A DNA stretch of 64,000 nt from Vicinamibacterales bacterium (GCA_965250185.1 OZ252293.1:4601904-4665903), one strand, 5' to 3'. Shown: positions 1 to 10,038, numbered from the stretch's first letter. Notes: generated from the sequence alone by a model not told the origin. Numbers and translations: made by a program.

Positions 1-2
1 AA

Positions 3-338
3 CGCGTTCGAAGGGCTCGTCGAGCGCGAGTGGTCCGTAACGTCGAATACCCGCTGGTATTCGGGCTGGGGGGGACAGTGAACCTGTTCAGTGGACAAGG
101 CTTCGAACCCTTCGTCAGGGTCGGAGCGCGGGCGATCGTGGTGGCCTTCAAGCAGGACAAGGCGCTGCCCTGGGATATTGGTTTGGACGCCGGTCTCGAC
201 GTCCGGTACCTACACGTCACACCGGCGAAGTTCGGGATGCCACCTGGTTCCTTCCAGGGAGGGCACGAGGTCGTGCCAGGGTTTTTCGTCGCCGTGTTCA
301 AGACACGAGCGGCGAGCCCGCCCGCCGCCGCCCAGTAA
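3..338 (+). CDS. 3' end of a gene entering from upstream of the window; function unknown
   Basis: The frame is open from the window edge to TAA at 336-338 (ORF track 30..338). The alternating hydrophobic pattern is not assignable to a family. Confidence 0.3.
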   Translation, partial: RVRRARRARVVRNVEYPLVFGLGGTVNLFSGQGFEPFVRVGARAIVVAFKQDKALPWDIGLDAGLDVRYLHVTPAKFGMPPGSFQGGHEVVPGFFVAVFKTRAASPPAAAQ

Positions 339-500
339 CGTCAACGACCGTGCCGATCGGTTCGTGACATAATCCTAGCAACCTCATCGATTCGCGCCAG
401 AGGCGTTCGGCTGCTTTTGGCGCGGGTCGACATCGACGTCATTCATTCAATCATTCAATCAGGCGGAGCGCGCTCTTCAGCGAAGGACAGAAGGAAGTCG

Positions 501-1301
501 ATGATCGACAAAGTCAAACAGCTCATAGCGGTTGCATCAGGTAAGGGTGGCGTGGGCAAGTCGACCGTGGCGTCGAATCTGGCTGTGGTCCTGGCCGAAT
601 CGGGCGCGAAGGTCGGTCTGCTGGACGGCGACATCTACGGTCCGTCCGTGCCGACCATGTTTGCTGCCAAGGACGCCAAGCCTGAAATGGGATCCACCCA
701 GCAGTCGTTCCGGCCGATCGAGGCGTTGGGGCTCAAGCTGATGTCGATGGGATTCATGGTCCCTCAGGACGAAGCGGCCATCCTGCGAGGGCCGATGGTG
801 CACAGCTACCTGAAGGCCATGCTGGACCAGTGCGATTGGGGCGAGCTGGACTACCTGGTGATCGATCTGCCGCCCGGCACGGGTGACGCCCAGTTGACGC
901 TGTGTCAGCAGACGCCCCTGAGCGGTGGCGTCGTGGTCACCACGCCGCAGGACGTCAGCCTGATCGACGCCCGCAAGGGCCTGAAGATGTTTCAACAGCT
1001 GAACGTCCCGGTGCTCGGCCTGATCGAGAACATGAGCTTCTTCGAGTGCCCCAACTGCCAGCATCGGACGGAAGTGTTCCGTCACGGTGGCGGCAAGAGC
1101 ACTGCCGAGCAGCTGAACGTACCGTTCCTGGGCCACGTCCCGCTGGACCCGGCGGTCGTGCTGGGTGGCGACGAGGGCCTGCCGGTGGTCAAGCGGGACC
1201 CGGACTCGCCGGCTGCGAAAGCCCTGGTGGAGGTGGCGCACAAGGTCCGCGAGCAGGCCGCCGGTCAGGAAGCATCGAAGATCCCGGGGCTGACGCTTTG
1301 A
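501..1301 (+). CDS. apbC: Mrp/ApbC (NBP35) family ATP-binding Fe-S cluster carrier
   Basis: It has the P-loop ASGKGGVGKST and the CPNC motif of the Mrp family. I prefer the ATG at 501, preceded by AGGAAG, over the upstream TTG at 417. Confidence 0.9.
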   Translation: MIDKVKQLIAVASGKGGVGKSTVASNLAVVLAESGAKVGLLDGDIYGPSVPTMFAAKDAKPEMGSTQQSFRPIEALGLKLMSMGFMVPQDEAAILRGPMVHSYLKAMLDQCDWGELDYLVIDLPPGTGDAQLTLCQQTPLSGGVVVTTPQDVSLIDARKGLKMFQQLNVPVLGLIENMSFFECPNCQHRTEVFRHGGGKSTAEQLNVPFLGHVPLDPAVVLGGDEGLPVVKRDPDSPAAKALVEVAHKVREQAAGQEASKIPGLTL

Positions 1302-1654
1302 CGGATGCGCTGGTGCCGCTCAAGTTGGAAAAGTGGGAGAACCAGGGCGTCAAGATCTACTGGAACGACGGCCACATCGGCCAATACCGATCCGGTTGGC
1401 TCCGCCTCCACTGCCCGTGCGCCGGCTGTCGAGAGGCGGAGACGCAGGTCACCGCGCCACCGACCGGCTTGAAGATGTTGCCGACGTTCAATCCTGCGAG
1501 TGAACAGCTGGCCAGCCTGACGCCCGTGGGCCAGTACGCCTACAACATCAGCTTCAAGGACGGCCACGACACCGGCATCTACGCCTTCGGCGACCTGCGA
1601 TCGATCTGCGAGTGCAGCGAGTGCCGCCCCAAGGACGGAAATCAGACCGGCTAA
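1298..1654 (+). CDS. DUF971 (gamma-butyrobetaine hydroxylase-like N-terminal domain) protein
   Basis: It has duplicated DGH...Y and Cys-rich HCPCAGC / CECSEC motifs. The TTG at 1298 overlaps the apbC stop (TTGA). Confidence 0.7.
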   Translation: MTDALVPLKLEKWENQGVKIYWNDGHIGQYRSGWLRLHCPCAGCREAETQVTAPPTGLKMLPTFNPASEQLASLTPVGQYAYNISFKDGHDTGIYAFGDLRSICECSECRPKDGNQTG

Positions 1655-1670
1655 AGCCGTCTCCCGACCA

Positions 1671-1724
1671 GCCCCACTCGCCCCGCCTGCCCCACTCGCC
1701 CCACCGGCCCTACCGGACCGGACG
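1671..1724. repeat. tandem 9-mer array, GCCCCACTC-like, about 6 units
   Basis: Read directly: gccccactc gccccgcct gccccactc gccccaccg gccctaccg gaccggacg. It fills the spacer after the DUF971 stop. Confidence 0.8.
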
Positions 1725-1879
1725 CGAGCTCGGGCGTCTTGGGCCCGCCTGGCGTCGCCCGGCCCCGCTGAACGCCGGACGCGCACCGTGATGGCGCGCG
1801 CCTGATGCGGCCCCGCGGCCTTGGCGGCTTGGCTGATGACGGCCCGTCGGCCTCGCGGTCGCCGGCCGCGCGGAGTGCG

Positions 1880-3010
1880 TCACCTCGAAGCCTTCGACCA
1901 CGACCTGCTCGAGCGGCGACGGCAGCAGTCGTTGAATACCGTGCAGCGGGCTCCGATCGTCGACACGAGGGAGACCGCGCGTCCGGTGAGGCCGGCCCTG
2001 CCGGTCCGTCCGACGCGGTGGATATAGTCCTCGGCCACGAGCAGCAGATCGTAGTTGACGACGAGGGGCAGCTGGGCGATGTCGAGCCCGCGCGCGGCCA
2101 GGTCAGTGGCCACGAGCACCGGCACGCGGCCGGCCTTGAAATCACCGAGCGCCCGGGTGCGTGCACCCTGGCTCTTGTTTCCGTGAATGACCGCGGTTCG
2201 CACGCCGGCCCGTTCGAGTGCCTCACCCACGCGGTTGGATCCGCGTTTGGTCTTGCAGAAGACGAGCGCCTGGCCCACGGGTGGCTGCCTCAGCACGTGC
2301 GCCAGCAACTCACCCTTACGCCCGTGCGCCACGGGGTGTACGGAATGAGTGACGGTGGGCGCCACGACTTGCTCTTCAGAAACGTCCACACGCACCGGCG
2401 AGCGCGTGAATTCGCCGGCGAGACCCACGATCTCCTTCGAGAGCGTGGCCGAGAGCAGGAGCGTCTGCCGGTTGCGCGGAAGCGTCCGAAGGATCTGACG
2501 CAGCGGCGGCAGGAAGCCCATGTCGAGCATGCGATCGGCTTCATCGAGGACGAGGATCTCCACGGCCGACAGATCGGCGGTGCGTCGCTGCATGTGGTCG
2601 ATCAGCCGACCCGGTGTCGCGACGATGAGGTCGGTGCCGCGCTGCAGGGCTTTCAGTTGCGCGCCCATCGGCACGCCGCCGAAGATGGCGGTGGCTCTCA
2701 GCCTCACAGGCGCGCCGTAGGTCATGAGCGACTTGTGCACCTGGAGTGCGAGCTCGCGCGTCGGCACGAGGATGAGGGCCCGCGGCTTCCGTGACCCGAC
2801 CGGGCGATGGCCCCGCACGAGGAGGCGGTCGATCATCGGGAGGCCGAACGCGGCGGTCTTCCCGGTGCCCGTTTGCGCCCTGGCCAACAGGTCGCGGCCC
2901 TCGAGGACGATGGGAATGGATTCAGTTTGCACCGGCGTGGGCGGCGTATAGCCCAGCTGCGCGAGCGGAGTACAGAGAGAGGGCGAGAGCCCGAGGCTCG
3001 AGAACGGCAT
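1880..3010 (-). CDS. rhlE: DEAD-box ATP-dependent RNA helicase (RhlE-like); the C-terminal tail continues in another frame down to 1710
   Basis: It has AQTGTGKT, VLDEAD, SAT and HRVGRTGRAG motifs. ORF 1710..1901 encodes the expected VVEGFE plus a basic tail in a shifted frame. Confidence 0.9.
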   Translation of the reverse strand: MPFSSLGLSPSLCTPLAQLGYTPPTPVQTESIPIVLEGRDLLARAQTGTGKTAAFGLPMIDRLLVRGHRPVGSRKPRALILVPTRELALQVHKSLMTYGAPVRLRATAIFGGVPMGAQLKALQRGTDLIVATPGRLIDHMQRRTADLSAVEILVLDEADRMLDMGFLPPLRQILRTLPRNRQTLLLSATLSKEIVGLAGEFTRSPVRVDVSEEQVVAPTVTHSVHPVAHGRKGELLAHVLRQPPVGQALVFCKTKRGSNRVGEALERAGVRTAVIHGNKSQGARTRALGDFKAGRVPVLVATDLAARGLDIAQLPLVVNYDLLLVAEDYIHRVGRTGRAGLTGRAVSLVSTIGARCTVFNDCCRRRSSRSWSKASR

Positions 3011-3212
3011 AGAGAACGCTCCTGTGTTGCCTGGAGCGTTTCCCTAACCGCCCAGCAGGCCGACGATAGACGAGGGTTGTTCGCACCCGAATGGGCGCGT
3101 GAATTTGGGCGATGGGAATTAGCGGTGGGAACTCGACCCGACGATTCGAGCTAGTCGATCGTCACTCGAGGCTTCCAGCGGGAAATCCAAGACGCAGCGC
3201 GCAAACACGGAC

Positions 3213-3218
3213 ATTATA
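3213..3218 (-). promoter_or_regulatory. candidate -10 box (TATAAT) about 200 nt upstream of the helicase start
   Basis: There is a perfect TATAAT on the minus strand in a GC-rich background, correctly oriented. No good -35 element is present. Confidence 0.25.
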
Positions 3219-3313
3219 GCCCAGAATGGCCCGACATGGGAAACGGGTCGTGCGCTGGTCAGGTGCGGCCTCCCAGCGAGACGCCAGTCGCAGATGTCGG
3301 TGCCCCGGTGTCG

Positions 3314-4711
3314 TCAGTCGCGGCCGCCGCCTCCAGGGGCAGGTGCGATGCGAAATGTCGTGTTATCTGGCGGAATGACGGCGCGCTCGGACGGCATCGG
3401 CAACTGCGGCACCCAGTCATACGGCACACGGTGAGCCCGGAAAATCCGGTTGGTCTCAGTTGGGTCGACGGCGAAGAACGGGCTGACGTACTCCCAGACG
3501 ATCTCTCTCTCCGTCGTGATCTCGAAGATTCGTCCGACCGCACCTTCCGTGATCATCGTGTTCCCGTTCGGCAATCGTTGGGCCGAGCTGACGTACTGAC
3601 TGAAGAACCTGATCTGCTCGGTCCCTCCGATGGAGTACTCCCAGATTTTCTCGAAGGTCACCGGGTCGACCTCCAAGACCCTCGACGATACCCGCCGAAC
3701 GGCGCCCCGCCCGGTCGGCGCCGCGGGATTCGGTGCGCCATACCCGGCCGAGCCACCGTTGTCGAACACCAGCAGGTTACCAGCGCCTGGCAGCCCCTCG
3801 GGAATGATGTGTGGGTGATGCTGGCCAACGATCTGACCAAGCTCGGCCAGTGCGGGTGAATCCCGATAGTCGGGGCCCATCTTCCAGACGATCGCACCCT
3901 CTCTATCGATGATGGCGATGATGTTCGCCTGCCGGCTGCTCCACATGACGTTGTCCGGGTGAAATCGCTCGTCACCGTCGTCGTACCAATGGTTCGGCCC
4001 CACATACGATGCAGCGTTGATGTGCAGCCAGTCGGCACTGCCCCGCGCGTCGCTCCACCCGGGAAAGCGGTAGATCGCATTCCGCGCCTCGCCGCCAAAG
4101 CCGAACTCCTCGATATGATCGCTCGCCAGCCAATCCCAGACGATCTCACCGTCCCACGTGATCTCGAGGAGATAGTCGTCCTCGAGGAGCTTGTCGCTGA
4201 TCTCCGGCTTCGTCACGTTTCGGTGCGCGAGGATGAGCGTCCGCCCGCCATCGACCGAGGGCAAAGCGCCCGGCGCGTAGTAGCCCACGGCGCTCCCTTC
4301 CCGCTGCCAGTCATGATGCTGCCGTGCCATCCAGGTCGGAGGCAGCCCCTCCTCCTCCACGAGCTCGGTCCGATCGAATGTCCAGACGATGTCGCCGTCC
4401 CAGTTGACCTGAACGAGCGTCGGCGTCTCCTGGTGTGGCCGTCGGCGCACCGTGCCGCCGACCAGATATCCACCGGGAAGAATCCGGAACGGACCCGGCA
4501 CGCCCGTGATCTCCGTCCATTGCCTCACGTTGGTGCCGTTCATATCGATCATGACCGCGCCCTGCTCCGCCGGCGTATCGAATACCGTGTACCCGTTCCA
4601 AGCCTTGTCCGGGTGATAGATGGTCGTTCCCGTTGGATACACCGACGGAAACGTGAGGAGTGTCGCGGAGCCCAACACCAACACGAGGAATAGCAGCGCA
4701 GACGTCTTCAT
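3314..4711 (-). CDS. secreted arylsulfotransferase (ASST)-like beta-propeller protein
   Basis: It has a signal peptide and motifs NGYTVF, HHDW, HINAASY, VFDNGG and AQRLPNGNTMI, typical of the ASST-type family. Confidence 0.6.
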   Translation of the reverse strand: MKTSALLFLVLVLGSATLLTFPSVYPTGTTIYHPDKAWNGYTVFDTPAEQGAVMIDMNGTNVRQWTEITGVPGPFRILPGGYLVGGTVRRRPHQETPTLVQVNWDGDIVWTFDRTELVEEEGLPPTWMARQHHDWQREGSAVGYYAPGALPSVDGGRTLILAHRNVTKPEISDKLLEDDYLLEITWDGEIVWDWLASDHIEEFGFGGEARNAIYRFPGWSDARGSADWLHINAASYVGPNHWYDDGDERFHPDNVMWSSRQANIIAIIDREGAIVWKMGPDYRDSPALAELGQIVGQHHPHIIPEGLPGAGNLLVFDNGGSAGYGAPNPAAPTGRGAVRRVSSRVLEVDPVTFEKIWEYSIGGTEQIRFFSQYVSSAQRLPNGNTMITEGAVGRIFEITTEREIVWEYVSPFFAVDPTETNRIFRAHRVPYDWVPQLPMPSERAVIPPDNTTFRIAPAPGGGGRD

Positions 4712-4840
4712 GGTCTCGTTTCCTTCGGGCGGCCTCTCGTCTGATCTCTTACGGGACGGGCCACGCTATCACGGACGTGGCCTGGGGAACCCGGGAATTA
4801 TGAGTCGGCGTGACGGACCAGACTAATGTCCTGCGTACGA

Positions 4841-7297
4841 TTAGTCGCAGACCAGGCTCGAGGCCGGGTCCACTCGCATGGCGCGGCTGGCTGGAACAAC
4901 GCAGGCCAGTAGCGCGATGGCACCGAGCACGACCATCACGGTGAGCAGCACGGTCGGATCCATCGTCTCGACGTCGTAGAGCTGGCTCGCCACGGCGTTC
5001 CGCAACGAGAACGCCCCGACGAGGCCGACCCCGAGTCCGAGGCCCAGCACCGTCATCCCCTCCGACAGGACCAGCCCGAACACTTGGCGGGCCGTGCTCC
5101 CGAGCGCCAACCGGATGCCGAACTCCTTGGTCCGCTGCGTCACACGATAGGCGAGCACGCCGTAGATACCGATGGCCGAGAGAAACAGCGCCAGCCCGGC
5201 GAACCCGAGCGCGAGCAGCATCGGCGTACGTCGCGGAGTGAGCTGTTCCGCGATCCGCTCCTCCAGGGTCTGTACGAAATACAGCGGCAACTCGGGATCG
5301 ATGGCCGCGATCTCCCCTCGCACGGCGTTCACGACACTGTGCGGTTCACCCGCGGTCCGGATGGCGAACGTGAAGGACCGGAACGAGTTCTGGCTGTACG
5401 GGAAGAAGTACGCACCGATCTGGTCCGGCACGTCGATGACGCCGAACAGCGTGTGCTCGCGGACGACGCCAACCACCGTGTAGAACGTGGTGTCCTCTTC
5501 GAGCTCGACGTCGGTATACATCCGCTGGCCCAGCGCACTGCGGTCGGGCCAGAACTTTCGTGCGAGCCGTTCGTCGACGATGACCACCGGCATCGATTCG
5601 GCCGTGTCGCGTGCATCGAACAGTCGCCCATCGGCGAGCGGTACGCCGAGCGTCTGGAGATACTCGTCGCCCACGACGATCTGGATCGGCGCCAGGAGCG
5701 ACTCCCCCGGCTGCGGGACGTAGGCCTCGGCCTGGACAACGTTGGTGTTGAACCTGTCGCCGAACGGGATGCTGCTGGTGATACCCACATCGGCGACTCC
5801 GGGAACGGTTCGGATGCGGTCCGCCGCGCGCTGCGCGAACGCACGCAGGTCGGACCTCTCCGGATATCGGGCGTTCGGCAGGCTCACCGAGGCGGTCAGG
5901 AGGCGCGTCGTGTCGAACCCGGTGTCGATGGCCAGGATGCGCTGGAAGCTGACGAGCAGTAGCACGGCGCCGATCAACAAGACGAAGGCGATCGACACCT
6001 GCACGACCGCCAGCGCGTTGCGGAACAGCTGGGTCCGTCGGCTGCTCGTGCCGCTCCTTCCCTCCTGTCTCAACGTGGCGTTGAGGTCGGTCGACGCGAG
6101 CGTCAGGAGCGGCACGAGGCCGAGGACACACCCGATGAGCGCCACGACGCCCAGGCTGAGAGCGATGACGACGCCGTCCATGGCAATCTCGCCGCCGCGT
6201 GGCAGCTCGGCCGCACCGAGCCGCCCGAGGAGGCCGAGACTCCACCATCCGATCGCGAACCCCAGCACGCCGGCGGCCGTCGTGACCAGAACGCCCTCGG
6301 TCAGCAACTGCCGCGCGAGCCGCCCCTGTCCGGCACCGAGCGCTTGCCGCAAGCCGATCTCCTTGAGCCGAACGGTCGACCGAATCAACGTCAAGTTGGC
6401 CACGTTCACGCAGCCGATCAGCAGGACGAAGCCGACTCCACCCCAGAGCAGGTAGAGCACGCCACGAATGTCCTCCACCAGATCGTCCTGCAGCACGACG
6501 ACATCGGTGCGAAAGCCGGCGTCGAGAAGAATCTGCTTGAACTGCGGAAAGCGCTCGAGGTTACTGGCGTTCAGGGCGTCGATCTGGGCCTGCGCCTGGG
6601 CGAGCGTCGCGCCGGGCTCGAGGCGGCCCAGCATCGACCACGAGTTGCTGTGGCGCGCATCGTCCGATTTCTGCTCGTCCGTGAACGCGACCGGCACCCA
6701 GAGTTGTACGTCCGAGAAGATGAACGTGAAGCTCGGCGGCATGACGCCGACGATCTCGTGAGGGCGGCTGTTGATGCGAAGGTCTCGGCCGATGACCGCC
6801 GGGTCGGCTCCGTAGAGCCGCTCCCACAGCCCGTGACTGAGCACGACTTTCTGCTCGTTGCCGATCTCACCTTCAGTGTCGACGAACGTCCGTCCGAGCG
6901 CTGGAAGCACGCGCACGAGCCGGAAGAACGATGGCGTGACGCCCCATCCGGACAGCTGCTCGGGAGTGCCGCCTTCTCCGATGGCGAAGCCGTTCCGCCG
7001 GTACAACGCCTGTTCCTCGAAGACGTCGACGGCGCGCAGGCGATCGTAGTAGTCCGGTACGCCGTTCGCGCCGCGGCTATCGCTTCCCGTCGCCCCCGGG
7101 TAGGCGTTGTACATCCTGAGGATGCGGTCGGCCTCCGGCACGGGCAGCGGCTTCAACAGCACGGAGTAGACGACGCTGAAGATCGCCACATTGCCAGCGA
7201 TGCACAGGGCGAGCGTCAGCAGCACCGTGGCCGTGAAGCCCTTATCCTTCCAGAGCAGCCTGGCGCCGAACGTGACGTCACGGAGCAGTGATTCCAT
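4841..7297 (-). CDS. ADOP-family duplicated MacB/FtsX-type ABC transporter permease
   Basis: The 818-aa protein has the characteristic N-terminus (LLWKDKGFTATVLLTLALCIAGNVAIFSVV) and two FtsX-like halves. Confidence 0.85.
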   Translation of the reverse strand: MESLLRDVTFGARLLWKDKGFTATVLLTLALCIAGNVAIFSVVYSVLLKPLPVPEADRILRMYNAYPGATGSDSRGANGVPDYYDRLRAVDVFEEQALYRRNGFAIGEGGTPEQLSGWGVTPSFFRLVRVLPALGRTFVDTEGEIGNEQKVVLSHGLWERLYGADPAVIGRDLRINSRPHEIVGVMPPSFTFIFSDVQLWVPVAFTDEQKSDDARHSNSWSMLGRLEPGATLAQAQAQIDALNASNLERFPQFKQILLDAGFRTDVVVLQDDLVEDIRGVLYLLWGGVGFVLLIGCVNVANLTLIRSTVRLKEIGLRQALGAGQGRLARQLLTEGVLVTTAAGVLGFAIGWWSLGLLGRLGAAELPRGGEIAMDGVVIALSLGVVALIGCVLGLVPLLTLASTDLNATLRQEGRSGTSSRRTQLFRNALAVVQVSIAFVLLIGAVLLLVSFQRILAIDTGFDTTRLLTASVSLPNARYPERSDLRAFAQRAADRIRTVPGVADVGITSSIPFGDRFNTNVVQAEAYVPQPGESLLAPIQIVVGDEYLQTLGVPLADGRLFDARDTAESMPVVIVDERLARKFWPDRSALGQRMYTDVELEEDTTFYTVVGVVREHTLFGVIDVPDQIGAYFFPYSQNSFRSFTFAIRTAGEPHSVVNAVRGEIAAIDPELPLYFVQTLEERIAEQLTPRRTPMLLALGFAGLALFLSAIGIYGVLAYRVTQRTKEFGIRLALGSTARQVFGLVLSEGMTVLGLGLGVGLVGAFSLRNAVASQLYDVETMDPTVLLTVMVVLGAIALLACVVPASRAMRVDPASSLVCD

Positions 7298-7411
7298 TAA
7301 CGGCTTGGACGATGAAACTGAGCCGGGCGTTCGATGAATGTTGTTTATTGAATCGTGAACGTCGAAGGCTGAATGTGGAATGATACGGGCGAATCTTGAA
7401 AGGGGCGCGAC

Positions 7412-8611
7412 ATGCTAGCAGGTGGAGTGCGACTCGGAGCGGTGGCGGCGATGGTTGCGGGCTGCGCGGTGATACTCGGCGGGCTCGGATTCCCACTTCA
7501 CGGACAGGAGCAACGAGAGCCGACGCCGGTCCGAAAGAACCCCAACATCGACCGCCCGATCACGAACGAGGGCTCCGGAAGTGCGCTCGTCCCGCTGCTC
7601 CAGCAGCTCGTGGCCGTGTACGGTCCGATTGCCAATGGCAACGACCGGCCCAATCCCTACACGCGGATCGAACCGTTCGGAGACCCGCCACCCGGGAACA
7701 ATGGCGAGTGGGCCGCCGTGACCGGAGTGGAGGGCGGGCTGGACGGCTCGCTCTATGTGTTTCACCGCTGTCAGGCAAACTCCTGCGTCGACCGGCCCGA
7801 GCCACCTCTGGTCAAGCTGGATCCGAGCACCGGCGAGCGGCTCGCCACCTGGGGCGAGGGCCTGATGGCGTTCCCGCACGGGTTCCACGTGGACCACGAG
7901 GGGCATGTCTGGACCACCGACTCCGGAGCAGCCGATGCGCCGGGTGGGCACGTCGTACGGAAATTCAGTCCGGACGGGGAACTGCTGATGACCATCGGAC
8001 GGTCCGGTGTGGCGGGAGACGAGCCGGGGCTGTTGCGCGAGCCGACGGACGTCGTCGTGTCAACCGACGGCGTCATCTTCGTGACGGAGGGTCACCTGAA
8101 GAACGGCCCGCATGCCCGCCTCACGAAGTTCTCGCCTGACGGCGCGTTCATCGAGCGGCTCGGCAGCACCGGCCAGGGTCACCTGCAACTGAGCGCGCCC
8201 CACTCCATCGCGATGGATACCCAGGGACGGCTCTTCATCGGCGACAGGGACAACAACCGGATCATGATCTGGGACCAGGACGGCAACTACATCGACCAGT
8301 GGACCCAGTTCGGTCGTCCCAGCGGCATCTACATCGACCACACCGACACGATCTATGTCGCCGACTCGGAATCGTGGGGACCCGACAATCCGGGATGGAG
8401 GAAGGGGATCAGGATCGGCAGCGCAACGACCGGCCAGGTCCACTACTTCCTGGAAGACATCGAATCGCGAGACTTCGCCCACAGCGGGGCGGAGGGCGTC
8501 GGCGTCGATACGCAGGGCAACGTGTACGGTGGGGTGGTTCGCCGGCGGATGCTGGAGAAGCATGTGGCGCCCACCGTGCAGCCAACGCGCGGAGCGACGT
8601 GGCCGGAGTGA
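7412..8611 (+). CDS. secreted NHL-repeat beta-propeller protein
   Basis: It has a signal peptide and repeated NHL-type blades (for example GRLFIGDRDNNRIMIWDQDGNYI and DTIYVADSES). Confidence 0.75.
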   Translation: MLAGGVRLGAVAAMVAGCAVILGGLGFPLHGQEQREPTPVRKNPNIDRPITNEGSGSALVPLLQQLVAVYGPIANGNDRPNPYTRIEPFGDPPPGNNGEWAAVTGVEGGLDGSLYVFHRCQANSCVDRPEPPLVKLDPSTGERLATWGEGLMAFPHGFHVDHEGHVWTTDSGAADAPGGHVVRKFSPDGELLMTIGRSGVAGDEPGLLREPTDVVVSTDGVIFVTEGHLKNGPHARLTKFSPDGAFIERLGSTGQGHLQLSAPHSIAMDTQGRLFIGDRDNNRIMIWDQDGNYIDQWTQFGRPSGIYIDHTDTIYVADSESWGPDNPGWRKGIRIGSATTGQVHYFLEDIESRDFAHSGAEGVGVDTQGNVYGGVVRRRMLEKHVAPTVQPTRGATWPE

Positions 8612-8644
8612 CGTCCGGCCACGCATCTCGGAGAGGGACCGTCG

Positions 8645-9193
8645 TCACTCCTCTTCCGCCTCAACGACGACCGACGAGTGGAGCGCCACCATGCGCCACT
8701 GACCATCCTGCTTGACGTACGTACGCGTCCGACGGATGGAACTGATGGTGTCATCGTCGGCGTTCGCCGCGGAGAACAGGTTCGTGGCCACGGCCGCGTC
8801 TCCGTACACGTGCACTTCCTGCTCACTGATCGTGGCGGTGTCCTCGATCTCGCCTCTCTCGGTGATGGCCGCCATCGTTTCGGCCTTGTTCGACGCAATG
8901 GCACCGGCATCGCTCGTCCAGACGCAGTCGTCCGCGATGTACTGGCCCCAGGCCTCGCCGTCACCCGCTACGAAGGCCGCACCCCGTGCCTGTTCGACTG
9001 CCAGGATTTCAGCCTCAGCTGCGGCAGGGTCCGGCGCCTCCATCGGTTCGGACGCGCCGGTCATCCCAGGCACCTCCACGCCGACACGCTCGCCAAGAGC
9101 GGCAATGCCCTGCTTTACCGTCATATCGGTGTACAACCCAGCCCCGAGGACCGCACCAATTGCTACCACTGCTGTTGTCATCAACGACTTCAT
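8645..9193 (-). CDS. SnoaL-like/DUF4440 (NTF2-fold) protein with signal peptide
   Basis: Size and the C-terminal pattern RRTRTYVKQDGQWRMVALHSS fit this family. Confidence 0.65.
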   Translation of the reverse strand: MKSLMTTAVVAIGAVLGAGLYTDMTVKQGIAALGERVGVEVPGMTGASEPMEAPDPAAAEAEILAVEQARGAAFVAGDGEAWGQYIADDCVWTSDAGAIASNKAETMAAITERGEIEDTATISEQEVHVYGDAAVATNLFSAANADDDTISSIRRTRTYVKQDGQWRMVALHSSVVVEAEEE

Positions 9194-9335
9194 GGTTCAC
9201 CTTCCAGTTTGACGCGTTGAGCGAATCTCGCAGAGCCGTTTCGACGCACACAAACCGACGAACTAAGACAAGAGCGTCCAGGCTACCTCCGGCCACAACT
9301 CACGTCAACCTGACATGGTCGGGCTCCTTGTTCTA

Positions 9336-9405
9336 CATTCAACACTCTTCATTCCCCATTCACCATACCGCATTCACCATTCCGCATTCTCCATTCTCCA
9401 TTCTT
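9336..9405. repeat. tandem 7-mer array, CATTCNC, about 10 units
   Basis: Read directly: cattcaa cactctt cattccc cattcac cataccg cattcac cattccg cattctc cattctc cattctt. It lies in a divergent intergenic region. Confidence 0.8.
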
Positions 9406-9540
9406 GTCCCGTATTCGCCTTGCCCTACCCAGTGCCCCAATCGGCCCCGGTCCGGCATTGGCCGGCCGGGGGTTCATGTGCGACGATTCGGCACCAGCAA
9501 GCATCCACATCATGCGGAGAACCGCAGCAGGAGCACCACC

Positions 9541-10038
9541 ATGCGCAGACGCGATTTCGTGACGGGAGGGGCAGGAGCTCTGAGCCTGACATTAATCGGC
9601 CGGAACGCCCGGGGTGGGCAGGCGAGCCCCGGCGCGGGAAGCGCCATCAGGATCACTCTCAGCAGCGTCTTCGTCGGCGACCAAGCCGAGGCCTTGGCGT
9701 TCTATACCGAGGTCCTGGGCTTCGAGAAGAAAGAGGACGAGCCGGTAGGGCAGTTCCGGTGGCTGACCGTCGTCTCGCCCGAAGACCCGGACGGCACCGA
9801 GCTGCTCCTCGAGCCGAACGAGAACCCGGCGGCCAGCACGTTCCAGCAAGCCATCTTCGATCAGGGGATACCGGCCACCGCATTTGCCGTCGACGACATT
9901 CAGTCCGTCTACGAACGCTTGAAGGAGCGGGGCGTCGTGTTTCGGCGGGAGCCGACGCTGATGGGAACGACGACGATCGCTGTATTCGACGACACGTGCG
10001 GCAACCTCATTCAGCTGTACCAGGTTGAACAGATGTGA
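9541..10038 (+). CDS. VOC (glyoxalase/bleomycin-resistance fold) protein with Tat-type signal
   Basis: It has MRRRDFVTGG and the VOC pattern FYTEVLGFEK...GNLIQLYQ. The ATG at 9541 lies within the longer ORF 8986..10038. Confidence 0.75.
   Translation: MRRRDFVTGGAGALSLTLIGRNARGGQASPGAGSAIRITLSSVFVGDQAEALAFYTEVLGFEKKEDEPVGQFRWLTVVSPEDPDGTELLLEPNENPAASTFQQAIFDQGIPATAFAVDDIQSVYERLKERGVVFRREPTLMGTTTIAVFDDTCGNLIQLYQVEQM

Noticed and set aside
7338-7352. Possible solo IS end (TGTTTATTGA shared with the ISAzo13-family IR)
   Set aside because: Only about 10 nt match, in an AT-richer promoter region. That is too short to distinguish from chance.
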